Notes: generated by a model from the letters alone, not told the origin. 64,000 nt of DNA from Chrysomallon squamiferum (GCA_012295275.1 CM022673.1:15748001-15812000); one strand, 5' to 3'; counted from the stretch's first letter, positions 1-15,145 are shown. Program-made: numbers and translations.

Positions 1-304
1 ATATTCTCGACCCGCCCCTGATTGCGATTGTTTGTTTTATAAACATGCAGTGTTTACGCCAGAGATCAGGCATAGTTACACATAATTACTTCGCGATTCT
101 GCGTGACCCGCTCATCTGTTTTTCAGCGATCACTTATATGACGTCGTTTTTTCAGGTGTCTGATTGGTGTTTGGCGTCTTAGGGAAAAAAATAATCCGTT
201 TTTATAACTTTTTCCCTTTAAAAAGCATGTTTAAAAGCGTTGACCTAATGTTGAATTCTTTGTTATTATTCAAAACAAAATTCTCTTCTCTTCTTCTTCT
301 TCTT

Positions 305-335
<31 letters not shown>

Positions 336-341
336 TTATTA

Positions 342-372
<31 letters not shown>

Positions 373-1177
373 TTTATTTTTATTTATTATTTTTTTTTGG
401 GGTGGGGGTGGGGAGGGGGTTCTTTATTTTTTTCATTTATTAAAAATGGCTTCGATTACAAAATCTAAAGGTCCACAGTCTCGGTAAGAGCCAAAGTCTC
501 ACCTCGGTGACAAACGTCTTGTTGAAGTTCCTGTTACTGAGGTCAGCGAGGTCGAGCGACCTAGCTATTCAAGGGGAGTAAATTTTAATTCGTTCTCGTA
601 AGCAGATGCCATTTTGTAATAGTACACAGAGCATCTCGAAAAAAAACAGTATGTTATATGACAAAAAAAAATAATTAAAATGCCATAGGTCTGATATAAT
701 TATGCTCCATTCCTGACGCCTGTGTTAAAGTGAAATTTATATCTGTACCATCCAGCTCCTGTGTTTTCGCCAGTGCCACAAATCCGATGTGAAGTTTTAT
801 GTTAATTTTATTCTGTCAAAGGATTCCTTACTTTCATTATTTAAAGTTTGCCAGTATCAGCTGTCACACTTGTTTTAGATGAAAAAAGAAGAAGGAAAAA
901 AACAAAAAAAAAAAACAAAAGAAAAACCTAAATAACACACGACAAAGAAAAGGAATAATTGGTAACAAAGAAAAATAGATTAATAAAAACGTAATTATAT
1001 AGTAAATTAATAATATCACAGTTATAGTAGACATTAACCTAAGACGTAGTATTTCTAATATAAAAATGTACTGAATTTTTAAGTTACAATGTTAATAAGT
1101 TAAAGTGTAAGGTAGTATATTGCATCATATTATCTTCAGCTAACGAAGCTTTCAGTGAATACTCAAGTAAAAAAGAA

Positions 1178-1209
<32 letters not shown>

Positions 1210-1349
1210 GTTACACTGATTATTAATAACTTACTTTCAGAAAATTCTACATCTAATAAGAGAGAAAAGAAATCTGTCATTAAATGTGATTATATATATA
1301 TATACTATTATTATAATGTAAATATAAGATAAATCCATTCCACAGTTAT

Positions 1350-1530
1350 GATGGCATACATGGATCTTTTACTTACTTTTTCAACACAAAAGGAAACACG
1401 TACCACAGCCTTTCATAATAACACTCATTCACATCTGACCAGAAATTTTAAGCAGTCCAGCAGGCGAAATGAGGAGGATTGATCCCATTACCGAACAATC
1501 CTCAGTTGAGCGACTTAACATAGAATTATT
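1350..1530 (-). mobile_element. Degenerate SINE with tRNA-like head and Meta/MESC-like core
   Basis: Minus strand has GGGATCAATCC (B-box-like), then AAAGGCTGTGGTACGTGTTTCC...GTAAAAGATCC. Resembles the core at 34085-34150 and my recollection of the mollusc Meta/MESC SINE core. Confidence 0.5.
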
Positions 1531-2189
1531 GCTTATACTTATCCAGTAGGAGCACGCTTTGCATACAAATAACATATAAACGTCAACTCAAATAAATAGC
1601 AGCTGCGCGCCGTACACGTCATTGAACTAACTACAAGCAGCTACGAGGACATTAAAAGCAGGATTTGTTTTATTGCTTATTATCGATAATAAAACAGCAC
1701 GAGAACACGTACAGCCACGTTTTCAGCACGTAATGTTGCTGTTATTTCATTCTCAACGTGGAGCAGGGCGTGGCTGTCACAAGCCATAGTGTCTGTTGTA
1801 ATATATGTACTTCCTGTGTGACAAGCATCCTTAATTTGTAAACAAGTCTATTATTAATGAGCTGGTTATATTTATCTTTCTTAAGAATGTTGGTGCAGTT
1901 ATGTGCATGTCTGAACCTACGCATTTTACGTATGTGTATAATGTATGTAAGACTGTGGGTGTATTTAGGGCTCTGTGACTGTATGTGGTGAAGAATGAAT
2001 ATATGGAAATACGTCTGTAGGACTCTGTCTTTGTGTATGTATGTATGTATGTATGTGTGAGTTCGTATGTCTGTTTAGGTATGTATATACAGTTTCTATG
2101 AATGTATGAATGGATGCATGAATATATATGCGTACATGTTAATAGCAGTTTATAACAGTGTTGGGATTACATATGTTAGATTTTTTTAT

Positions 2190-2329
<140 letters not shown>

Positions 2330-3049
2330 GGGTGTTTGTTTTTTTTGTTGTTTGGGTTTTTCTACAACAACAAGTTAAATTATTAACAACAGATACAGTT
2401 AATTTTGGCACGAGGATTCATCATTTCAGTTCAAACAATATTAGACAGAACTGAATACTTAACTCATCCCATTTAACTTACTCTGCCACAAACAGGGGCA
2501 CGTTCCTCAAATCAGCAGTAAGCGGTCAGATAGAATCTGTTTAGATATTCGTATTAGATGATCAGTGCGGTCAAATAAATTATAAACAAGCTGCTTGGTG
2601 CGTTTTATCGTTTAATTTTTTTGTTTGTTCATTTTTACTGCTGTTTTCGTTCTTCTTCGATTTACCGTGATTTGGTATCACTGAGAACACAAGGCAACGC
2701 GTTGTTTTTAGACATTTAAGTAATAATAATCACTGTTATATTCTTTTTTCATTATTTGTAAAGTGCATTGGATAATAAGGATGAGGATGATAATGGTTGT
2801 GATGATGATTATGATTATAATAAAGAAGATGATGATCATGATGAAGACAGACATATCGGTGCTAATAAAGATTAAAATTTTGAAATGGACAATACAGAAG
2901 TAATAATTGGCAGATATTGTTTTGTTTTGTATTGTTTTTCTGTTTTCTTTATCATCATCATTATTACATCATCATCATCATCATTATTATTATTATTATA
3001 TACTTCTTTTTTTACTTGATGATTATGGGTATAATGATACGGTAATCAC

Positions 3050-3225
3050 GGTAATACTGCTGGCGACTTTTCCTATCTAGGAAGCATATAAAAGAAATCT
3101 TGTCGTCGCCCACGAATGTCCTCAAGTTTGTTTTCTCAAACACCAACACACGAATACCAATCATTTGACACGTAATAACTTTTAATATTAAAATATGTTG
3201 ATATCTCTTAAACAAACATTCCTTT
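3050..3225 (+). mobile_element. Highly degenerate SINE 3' part, same family
   Basis: GCATATAAAAGAAATCTTG core remnant and ...TGTTGATATCTCTTAAACAAACATTCC end. Confidence 0.35.
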
Positions 3226-3781
3226 ATTAATTCGTTTTACACTTTCAGTTCAAGCTGTATTATATAAGTTCACAATTAGCTATTAAATCGACTGATGTCA
3301 ACGACAACGTCAGCAATGTCATAGTTAATCCGTGCACTGAAAATAACTAAGCGGTCATCCTCCGTATTAAAAGCTTGGTCATAACTGTTTATTTGATCTT
3401 TGGTAATAAATTACAGTGTCCGCCTTGTCCTGCTGTTTTTGTAGATACATCGTGGTCATTTCATTGCACGTTTCAAATACCTATCTCTTTATATCTAAAT
3501 TAAATAACAATGCATTGTCTGACGCCAAGGTTATCAAACGATCTGTGCTTATGTTTAATTATAAACAAATATGTCAGGATGGTTATATAACTGTTACAGT
3601 ACATTCCTTTTACCGTTAGATACGTGGGTAATTTGTATTGCAGTTCAATTAAAGAAAGATTTTAAACTCGGGGAAATATCTAGATTTTAGGGGTAGAACT
3701 GACAGTGTTGTGTGATAAAAATTTGTAAATGATCAACATTTACTGTCATTATAGTATTTTATCGATTCCCCCCTCTCTCCC

Positions 3782-3865
<84 letters not shown>

Positions 3866-4409
3866 CCTGTATCTGACACTGTTTCAGTGTATTTGTCATT
3901 CTGTTTCTGTCTTTCATCATCTCGTCCTTCTTTGTCTTTATCTTTTCTCTGACTCTGTGTATGTATTAATATTTTCCTATTCCTGTTATTAGCAGTCAGT
4001 ATTGCACTAACATTACACTATTCCCATTACACAACACGAAACAACAAAAAGAAAAAAAAAGCATATATATAAAAAATAAATCTACCATGCCCGTGAAATG
4101 ACTCATTTGAGACAAGATATCTACTTACTTGTAAGTTAAAACTTTCAACAACAATCATAAGAATTAATTTAGTTTGTTCTCACTACCACGACGACAGCTG
4201 CTGCTATGGCTGCACAATGGAACTGCGGGACGTCGGAGACGTTGTAATACCTATATTATTTATATGAAACCTCGCAGCGAATGTCTAAATACACCTCCGT
4301 GTACAGCAAAGAAATTTAAGTTATTGCTATCAGATGTTGTCTTAGAAAGAGTTCACCGTCTAAAACCTTTTTTTTTGTATCCCCAAAACATACATGAATT
4401 AAAATGAAA

Positions 4410-4520
4410 TGTCTTATTATTATAATTATTGTTATTGTTGTTGTTGTTGTGTTATTATTATTATTATTATTATTACTACCATCATCATCATAATCATCAT
4501 CATCATTATAACTATCGTTA

Positions 4521-4582
<62 letters not shown>
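4410..4582. repeat. Compound (TTA)/(TTG)/(ATC) microsatellite. Similar tracts at about 284-360, 7226-7310, 9148-9225, 33737-33784, 38793-38893, 39470-39515, 42675-42733, 51216-51291, 52605-52693, 53044-53098 (AAG), 61117-61192, 62810-62903
   Basis: Directly visible; these explain the poly-I/L/Y/N/K ORFs. Confidence 0.98.
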
Positions 4583-4584
<2 letters not shown>

Positions 4585-5699
4585 TGCTGTCATCGTAAAA
4601 TCCGTTTCTTTCTTCTTTTTTATTTATTTTTCTTAAATCCTTCTTCATATGAAAGTATAAATATATAATGTTCTTTGTCCATGATTAAAAATATATTGGT
4701 ACCTAGAATTTGCATGACAGTGCGACTACCTGGTGTGTTCATTGCCATTTAAAGCTAAAAAGTATATTTCGAATCTTGGTCTACTTTATATGGGTTGACG
4801 ACTTGGCTTTCAACTTGTTATTTATGTCATTTTTATTTATTTACTTCTAAATCTGTATTCATTTTTCCTTCTCTCTCTCTCTCTTTCTTTCTCGTTCTTT
4901 ATTTTTTCGTGAAACAAGTTTGCAGAATTCTGTTTCAAGATCTTGTACCCCTTTATAGACCAAATAGTATCTTTAATATCGTCAATATATAATTCTGTAC
5001 GCCTTCCACTATATTTTACATACCATATTTGCTACTAAATTACGATTTATGAAAGTTATGAAACCTGTAAAAAAAAAATATATATATATAAAAAAGAATT
5101 ACTGAGAACTACTGAAGTTATTTCCTTTAGGAATTTTATTTTATTTTTATTATATTTTTATTCTATATTTTATTTTATTTTATTTTATTTGTATTTGTTT
5201 TGCTTGTGAGAACACAAGCTTACCAAAGCTGAATAGAAACTATAAAGTTGCTAGATGTATGATTTAGCTTTTACACTGACTCAACGGATCTGCCTGGATT
5301 TATGCCAAAATGCTTAACTTTTGCTGTCACCTGTCGATTTTAAAACGCCATAACTTAAATTTGAATCATCACTCAACAATGAGACTTGTGTCAATTTAAT
5401 TTTTTATGCGAATTTCGCTGAATAAACAACGTCCAAAATTTTCAAAGAAAAAGGAGTCGGTTATAAATAAAGTTATTATCGGTTTTTTCTTTGATATCTG
5501 AATACCCTCAAACTGTCTGATGTATAATTAAAATGAAAAACTAAAAAATATTTTTTTCAAATATGCAAGTTTGATATCTTTTGTTGTGTCTCTTTTAAAT
5601 GTTTATGGAATTTCCTGATACGTGTGGGAATTATTTCAACAATGTTGTTAGAATTTCTGCGGTTTTTATTTGTGACAAATGTGTAAAAGTGTACAGGTA

Positions 5700-6040
5700 C
5701 TGGTCGGTCGATCAAAGGTCAAAGGTTAGGTAAATACATCTATCGAGGATGAATTTGTAGCTTCTATCGAAAGTGATTAAGTAAATGGTATTATTTCAAT
5801 ATGTCATCATTCTAAATGAACATACCTCTGTCTTATGTCATATATACTGAAGTAGAAAAAGTACCGAGAGTCCTTTATGTTTAATTTGATAGGTAATAGG
5901 TCATCTTAATTAAGGTGTCAGTATCGAATGTCAAAAGGTGAAGGTCTCTGTGTCGAAGGTCATCTAACCGACGGCCACATATTGAGTATCTCAAGGTGAA
6001 GGTTTCTGTATCGAAGGTCAAGTGGGTTAAGGTCAAAGAT
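5700..6040. repeat. AAGGTCA-rich degenerate repeat with a 28-bp direct repeat (5935-5962 / 5993-6020)
   Basis: AAGGTGAAGGTCTCTGTGTCGAAGGTCA vs AAGGTGAAGGTTTCTGTATCGAAGGTCA (2 mismatches), plus further AGGTCA motifs. Confidence 0.65.
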
Positions 6041-7223
6041 TAATTAATACAACTTGTGAAATATTCCGTGTCTGTTATTCGAGATTGTTTGAGTAAACAT
6101 ATGAAGTAAAATAACATTAGGTGTTATCCGCAATTCCCACTGAAATGTGACAGGCTGTTTCCAGGAAGACCAGACTGTCTACCATGGGAATTATGTACAA
6201 ACAAAAATATCACAGCAACAAACACAGCTTGGTGATATTGTCAAATATTAAGGCTACACCTCGTTGACATTTAAAAACGCGCGGCATTCTTTTCAAGACA
6301 GCCGCCATTGAAACAACTTTTCTGCAATATTAATCTTAGGTCTATCTTTTATAGCCGTCATTTCAATGTAAGTCGTTTTGGCGATTGTAGTCGACATAAA
6401 GAAACACGTCAGAGTCTATGTGGAGAATGCAGGAGTCGTCTTTCATAATATCCAAAGTTTCTATAGTATCCAGCGTGAAAAAATCCCCAAAGCCCGCGGG
6501 CATGCAGAGTCGTTGAATAAGTGAATTTCGATGTACCACTAAGTTATGCAACGGCGGCATAACTCGAACGTATATTAATTTATTATAAGCATAAATACCC
6601 GTTTAGTATGAATAGGGTTTCATATAAAATTTCCAGCGGTTATCAAAGGTTATTGATGAAATAATTCAATGCCTGCAAGCCAACAAGAAAACCATTGTGG
6701 ACGGTAGTCCAGGTTCTTATGAAGATATATCGTACAAACTTAAATTGTCTAAGGCCTAGACTTTGACACAACCCTTTACTCCTTTAATTATATATGGTCT
6801 GAATTTTGAACTTTTAGCTATTTTAGTTGTAGAGGCGTTAACAGTTTAGGCTTAACGTTTTTAATTTATATGGTGTTAAGTTTCTACATTCTGTATTTTG
6901 CTGTATTATAAATTTCGAAGGATTAAAACAATATGCTTTCTAAGATTCAAATATCAGATAAAACACTTTGTTCTCAACTATTGGTGTTAACCCGAATCAT
7001 CTTTAATTCAAAAGGAATATATCGCTGGGTCAGTTCTTGCCCTTGTGCTTCTAGTCACTGTCAAAAGAGTGGTTTATAAAAGGCTACCAATGACAAGATA
7101 CATTAAAACCTATCTTTGCTGCGACACCAAAAAAATATTATAATGGTTATCTTAAGTCATTTGATCATTACAAAATGATATATGTTATATAATAATCGTT
7201 AATATTCGGTTACTGTAGCAGTT

Positions 7224-7290
<67 letters not shown>

Positions 7291-8523
7291 CATCATCATC
7301 ATCATCATCTTTATCATGATCATCATGGCCATCATCATTAAATGACGAGATTTAAAAATGTTCACGTATTCTTAACGTGGGTTACGATTCCTGGAAATCC
7401 TCTGCAATGCCAGTGTAAGCTCACAGTTTTTTGAATTTAGAAAACCTTAGTCAACGAAAGCCTGAATTCTTATTATCTCTTTCCGATGTATGAATTACAG
7501 TACGGTGTGTAACATACATATATATAAATAAAGAATATATTAAATTCTAAATATGTCAGGATTTCAACAATAGTTATAGACAAAATGTTATTTTGATGTT
7601 ATTTTAATTATTATTACAGTTGTAGCTGATGGTGGTTGCCGTCATAAAGATAATATGATTGTACTAATACTAACAGCAGTAGCAATCGTTGTCGTAGGAG
7701 TAATGGTAATTGTAGTTGTAGTAGTAATAATAGTGGTAGTTGTAGTAGTATTAGTAATATTAGTAATAGTTGTTGTGGTAAGTGTAGTAATAGTAGTAGT
7801 AGTCGTTGTAATGGTAGTAGTAATATTATTCTTCTTCTTATTATTATTATTATTCTTAGTGTTGTTGTTGCTTGTTGATTTATTTACGTTATTTAATTTA
7901 AAAAACTTATTATTTTATTTTCTTTTTTTTTTTTTTTTTTTTTTTTTTGGTCTACTTTTCTTTGTTGATGTTTTTATCTTTTCTCTTTTCTTTCTTTTTT
8001 TTCAATTTTTTAATTTTTGTTTTACTTACTTCTTCTTATCTACAGCAGTATTTGGACGCGTTTTCACTTTTCAGCGGAATATTCAATAACCCTTCAATCC
8101 TTTTGACAGTTCAGGCGTTCATTCTAGCATTAATTAATGTTTTTAAACGTATTACTTGTCAGACTTTCAACACACAATGCTCGTTGCTCTGTGCGCGAAT
8201 TTATTTTCCTATTTGCCGATAGCTTAATAGTTTTCTTAGGGTTATGTAATCTGGATGTGTTGGCATCGTTTTACAACACTGGAATTTCTCTTTATATTTA
8301 CAAAAACAGAAAGTATGACAGTCATAATGACATAAACATTAATTTTTTCAATCACCCCTTTTTTTTACCCTTTTCGCTCACTTTTTTCTTTACTTTTTCA
8401 TTCCCCTTTTCTTTCTTTATCAGTCTCTATCTATCATCCTGTCTTTGTTTTTTGTTTTTTTATCTTTCTCTCTAAACGTTTAGTTCTTTTACCATCTCTG
8501 TCTCTCTTTACTTTTGTAATTTA

Positions 8524-8585
<62 letters not shown>

Positions 8586-9166
8586 CTCTCTCTCTCTCTT
8601 TCTATCTCTGTCTATCTCTGTGTGTGTATATCTCTTTTTTTCATTTTCTTTCTCTATTATTATTATTATTTATATTATTTTTTTTAATAAGACTTTTTTC
8701 TCTCCTCCGTAATCGATAGAGGTACAAAAAACACAAGCAATTTTAGTGTTTAACAAATTCAAACTAACGTTATTATAATGACAAACGACATATCAGTTTT
8801 TCTCCAAAAGATGTATTCATGAAATGATTGGAAATAATAAAAAATATATTTTAAAGCGTTCATTTAGGCAGAAATGTTCAGTTTAAATATCTTAGGCTGT
8901 TTTTTTTTTTTTTTTTTTTTCGTTTTTTTCTATATTTTATTCTTCTTTTGTGTATTGGTAGGTTATATTATATTCATTAATTATTTGCTTGGAGTAAACC
9001 ACGTTATACAAATATCACAGACGTTTTTAATATAGTCAGTATAAAGGAGGGATTGTTGTATTTTATGGTTGTTGTTGTTGTTGTTGTTGTTTTATTCATT
9101 TCCAAAGTATATAGGTTATCATTATTTCTGGATAGAACCTCAGTGGCTTATTATTATTATTATTAT

Positions 9167-9219
<53 letters not shown>

Positions 9220-9836
9220 TAATTATTATTGTCAGTTAAAATACATCGGATTACAAGACAAAAAAAAAAAAAAAACATATTCTTTTTTTGTCAAATAAGA
9301 AAGCAGTCACGAAAGACATACATACTGTATAAATATATACATACATACATACATACATACATACATACGTACATACATACATACATACATACATACGTTA
9401 CATTCATACATACATATATATATATATACATACATTACTTAGTAAATGAATCAGCTGATACTACTTTCTTCAGGTTTGTTTGATCGGGACTCCTCTACCC
9501 TCTGTAAGGGATCTGCTCCTGACATATGTATTAGTTACCTTAATAAAAATATAACTTTACTTTCTCATTAGAATTGAAAGCTCACGTATTTTCTGTCGCA
9601 AGCGCTCGTGAACACTGATTATCATACCCGTCGCACTAGACTATAGAATATTTCTTAATACCATTCAATATAGTGTTTCAAAATATACGTAAGACTGATT
9701 TCACCTGTATGATTTATGATATTTATTATTACTATGTACTGTACACTTGAGAAAGCATACAAATAATGAAAGTGCAAGTGTGACTTTGATAATGACAGAG
9801 CAACAAGAAAGGTATCTGTGTGTGTATATATGTATG

Positions 9837-9888
<52 letters not shown>

Positions 9889-10436
9889 CCACCAGTATGA
9901 AATATTTAGTATTAAAATTAAAGGTTTTTAATTTTCAACTTCTATAACAAGAATAATATTAGAAAATTATCTTTCTAAGGAAATAAAGTTTATAAAGTAT
10001 ATACACACATACAAACGTACAGACGAACATATCTTTATTTCTAACCAGTGGAGCAGAAAGGGTTATTTAAATAAGTGAGAATGATTTACGATTGCTGATA
10101 TGGATTTGTAGTTGCTGTTACCTTTATGGAAAAAGTAGCAATAGAATTTTATTAGCAGCAGCAGTATTGGTCGTACAATAATGGTGGTACAGTAAATGAA
10201 GTAGTAGTAGTTTTAATTGTTCTTGTATTGTTGATGATGTTGATGTTTTATTAGTAGTAATATTTATAAGAGAGAAATATCTTTAAACACAAAAAGAAAA
10301 AAAAAGGCGAGCTCGTGAGTGAGAGAGAGAGTGAATCAGACAAACGAGTATTAAGAAAGCAAAATTAGTTTTAGTAGAAAAAATACTAGTAATAGTAAAG
10401 CAGTTCGTTGTAATATTAGTTCTTGTGTTAATAATT

Positions 10437-10470
<34 letters not shown>

Positions 10471-11151
10471 CAGTAGTAATAGTGGTAACAGTAGTAGTAG
10501 TAAATAAGAGCAGCAGTAGTAGTTGCAGTAATAGTAGTACTAATAGTTGTAGTAGCAAAAATCATAGTAGTAGTAAAAATCGTAGTAGTAGTAAAAATCG
10601 TCATAGTACTAGAGGTATTAGTATCAGTAATTGTTGTAGTAGTGGTAGTAGTAGTATTAATAGATGCTTTGGAAAATGTCTATTCAGTCTAATTTAGGTT
10701 AATCAAATTATCACGAACTGTAAAACCAAATAAACGTGAAAACGAAAATATCAAAATTAACCTACGTAGTGTTCTGCACTAAACGTGTTTTGTGAACGAA
10801 ACACGACATCATGCAGAGGTTTATTTATGTTATATAAAAGGAGAGATACCAGGAAAGAAGGATTCAAACATGATGAATGTATTTCACATTAACCTAATGG
10901 TAATTTGCCAAACCAACCCTTTTACTGTGTATTTATATAGGAGTTTCCTACAACATCAATCTGGATTTTCAAAACTGGAGCAATTTTCTGTGTTAACGCG
11001 TGTAATTCTGGAATGTATTTTAGTTACGGCTGATTTTAGTTTAATTAGAATTTATTTATTTATTTAAATACTCATGAACGTAGTTGGCACAATTAAGTGT
11101 GTCATTTATTTATTTCTGAAAGAGTTTCTTGTGTTTCTTGTTTCTTTCGCG

Positions 11152-11253
<102 letters not shown>

Positions 11254-11780
11254 TACATACTGACAAGCAAATTTATTTTCACTTTTTCCCACCTATTTCC
11301 AATGGTTATGCGATATTTATAATTCTATTCCGTAGATCAAAGGTGTACACGAGTTGAAAATTAAGTTTAAAAGGCTTCACTTCTTTTGGAGTACGTTACA
11401 TAGACTAAATCCAAAGCTATTATACTTTACACAAACTAAATTTTAAATGGCAGTTGTTTAAAAATAATAGATCGATTATGTGACATCGCATAACACCGGG
11501 TTTTTTGATGATAGTCAGTGAAATGAAAGGCAATGGTTTCACAGACAGTATGAAAATGTCAAAGTTCCACTGAAAACATTTATATTTCTGCACGGTCATG
11601 TAATATATACTATACACAGGCGTGCTGAAATCTGAAATTAATTATAAAAAGTTTAAGATTAGAAATGATCGATGGATCGTTTTATGAGCCTGTGTTATCC
11701 ACTAATGTATGTGTTTTTGTATATATACTCTTTATGTGTGTTCATGTGTGTGTCTTTGTGACAGAGAGAAAGAGAGAGAG

Positions 11781-11893
<113 letters not shown>

Positions 11894-12387
11894 TATACGG
11901 TATATAAATGAAATAAAAAGTTAGGAAAAATGTGAGAACTAATTGAACTGAATTATTAATAATGTCTGTGTATTTACATTCATGAATGTATAAGTGTGAG
12001 TATGTATTTAACATGTGTTACGTTTGAAAACTGTTGGTGTAAAAGAAAAGAAAAACGAAACTAAGGGAAATAATTTCATTTTGATTGACAACTCTAACCT
12101 GTATAAACAGTCTCAGTTTATTTCCTTCCACAAAGCAAACCAGCAATTCACACACATATATATTATAGTTCAGCCTCATCCTAATGAACATTGTTCTGCT
12201 GCACTTATTTATATGTTTATAAACTGTGAGATATATTCCATAATTCGTGGCTCCTACATTTATAATGATAAACCAACTCTATCGATCTTTGTTATAACTG
12301 AGGTGCTAACTACAAACTTACTGTTTCAAGTATATATAATGTTAATCATAATAATCGGAGCTTGTTTGATTTGAAAGAGAAATGCAA

Positions 12388-12485
<98 letters not shown>

Positions 12486-12498
12486 GTAGCGAAGTAGA

Positions 12499-12578
<80 letters not shown>

Positions 12579-12583
<5 letters not shown>

Positions 12584-12678
12584 AAAAAAAGAATAGAATT
12601 ACATGAACATGTTTCTTTTATCGAATATAATGAATTCTCTATCATAAAAAACTCTTTATTCTGCTCGCGTCAGCTTCA
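12579..12678. repeat. 100-bp dispersed repeat copy A, abutting (GA)n
   Basis: About 89% identical by manual alignment (11 mismatches, no gaps) to 29051-29150. Confidence 0.9.
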
Positions 12679-13539
12679 GTCGTTCTTTCATCAGTTCACT
12701 TTTACTTTTGTTTATTTACTCGTGAAATCAAAAACATCGGAATTTTTCAAATATTTTCATAGCCATAAGCTAATCTTTCACATTATTACGTGATTTTTCT
12801 ACAAAAAATATATTTCTGTAGATAATGTGCTTTGGAAAATTTAAAGAAGAAATGAACATTTTTGTTAAATATGTGTATGTGCGTATGTGTGTTTGTGTGT
12901 GTATGTATAATATATGTATGTGTGCGTGTGTGAGTGTATATGATGTCGATGATGATAATACTACTACCAAAAATAGTAGCAATAATAATAATAATAACAA
13001 CAACAACAACAACAACAACAATAAACAGGAAAGAAACACATTGACAAAATATACAATATCTTCCCATGGGCAGCTGATATGTTTTCTCAAATTGCTTCAG
13101 TTAGATGCGGTTACATTTCAATAAATACCTGACGTACCTATACCCTATATCATTTAGTTTTTATATCTAAGTTTACCTGCAACAGGTCGCATTTTCCCCA
13201 CACCGAAGAACTTAATTAAACACCTAGGTTTTGACACTGATGTCATTAAACGTATTAGGACTATTAAACCGTAATATGTCCTTTGTGAACCCCTACTGTT
13301 TTTACGTGTATGGGTTTGTGCAAGAAGATATATTCACACGACGTCTGCTAAACGTGCCAGTGACGTTACAGTTTTCTGTATGAAATGTGTTTGGTCACTG
13401 GTTTTTTATCATAAGACACAAGTGAAATGAACAGTGGGAAATGGTTCTCACTGAAGAAATATAAATGTAATATATAGAGAGTAAAATGTAAAAGTAATAG
13501 TATGTGTTAATTGATTGTATAAATATCTATATGGTTATC

Positions 13540-13570
<31 letters not shown>

Positions 13571-13577
13571 CTATCGA

Positions 13578-13617
<40 letters not shown>

Positions 13618-13844
13618 GAGGAAGATAAAGTTGTATTTCTTTTTGGTGTCATAACGTTGTTACCTCAGAAAAAATTGAACACTCTTTTTTTTGTTGTTGT
13701 TCTGATATTGTTTTATAAAGTGAAAGAAAAAGAATATATTTCAGTATTAACTAATGAAACAAAATAAACATGTCTGTTATGAAACCGGCATTGCAAGTTA
13801 ACAAAAATATATGTGACAATGAACTTACGTCTTTCAACCTGACG

Positions 13845-14132
13845 AGAAGTAAACGTGTTATTTCATAACCGCCTCATTACCACGAGTTAACAAGCCAGTT
13901 ATTTCATTTTAGTCGTCCAGTAAATAAACAAATTATTTCATAATAACGACACTGAAAAATGTTAAACGACGAAGATAATACGTCAGTTTGCCCATACTGA
14001 AAATAAACAAGTTATTTCACAGCAACAAAAATGTTAAATATATTTGGCCTTATAAAAAATAAACATATTATTCACTTGAGGATAATATTTAAGCAATAAT
14101 ATTTCATCTAGCGAAATAAACACGTTATTTCG
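13845..14132. repeat. Dispersed array of ~7 AAATAAACAnnTTATTTC-like motifs
   Basis: Copies near 13848, 13895, 13922, 14002, 14057, 14095 and 14113; the best is GAAATAA-ACACG-TTATTTC. Confidence 0.6.
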
Positions 14133-14503
14133 TGATATGGTAAGCAACGAATATCTTGTTTCTGTTTGTCCACATAAGCAACGGTATGCAGCAAAAATAC
14201 ATTTTTAGTTTATCTACGTAAGAAAATAAAAATAATATAAAAGAAAAGAAAATAAATAAGGTGGGATCGGACTAGTTCATTCAAAGACATTAAAAATAAT
14301 AAAGAATGTATTTCTGTGGCTCTTCGAAGTCAAATAAAACTGTACGTAGTCGAAATCTTGACCTCTTTCAGCGACATGTGAAATATGTACATAGAAAGCA
14401 AACATAATCCTGTTTCATATATTAAGCGACAGGTGAAATAAACAAAGGGCAAAATGAACATCTACTTTTAAAGTAGGTAAATGGAAAACAATATACTAGA
14501 ACG

Positions 14504-14598
<95 letters not shown>

Positions 14599-14909
14599 CA
14601 TAGATAGGGAGAGAAGAAGAGACAAACAAAATGAAAGCATATCTGAGAGAGAGAGAAAAAAATAAAACATATGTTAGAGATAGTGCAAGAAAGTCAGACA
14701 GACAGACACACTGATTCTACAAAGTAAAATTTAACATTCTCTGACAAATATTAACATATGCTTTATTTCGTATTATTAAGTAACCCACAGAAGGTTAGGA
14801 AAAGACTGGTTTAGTACAAACACGACAAAGTCCACCCTATTATTCGTTTACCCGCAAGACGCTCCGATACGCGTTTGCCTCTTTAAATTAAGGCATTTTA
14901 AATATGCGC

Positions 14910-15145
14910 TTGTAACGTCACGGTTGGGGCGGCCCGTTGTAAGATATGTAAAGGAGAGAAAAGGTACCCAACCAATGGCCGACAAGGTGTATTACAAAAC
15001 CTCCTTGGGAAAGAACGACACTGCTAGCTTCAGTGTGCTGTGATTTATGCTTCGTTCTGGTCGTGTTTTGTTGTTGTGTTCGGAATAACTCACTCAAACA
15101 CCGAGTTTTTTTTACCAGTCGTCGGCCGATAGCAAGCGCTCAGTT
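14910..15145 (+). promoter_or_regulatory. Probable TATA-less promoter / 5' end of the discoidin gene
   Basis: CRE-like TAACGTCA 14913-14920, GC box GGGGCGG 14926-14932, CCAAT 14972-14976, Inr-like TCAGTG 15030 and TCAGTT 15140. Locally CpG-richer and about 1 kb upstream of the first coding exon, which has an acceptor and so needs an upstream UTR exon. Confidence 0.5.

Noticed and set aside
1-20. GACCCGCCCCTG as a GC-box promoter or MITE terminus (similar GCGGATC remnants at about 40555 and 47901)
   Set aside because: Truncated by the window edge and too short to classify.
13845-14132. CRISPR-like repeat-spacer array
   Set aside because: Repeats are degenerate and irregularly spaced, the context is eukaryotic, and there are no cas genes.
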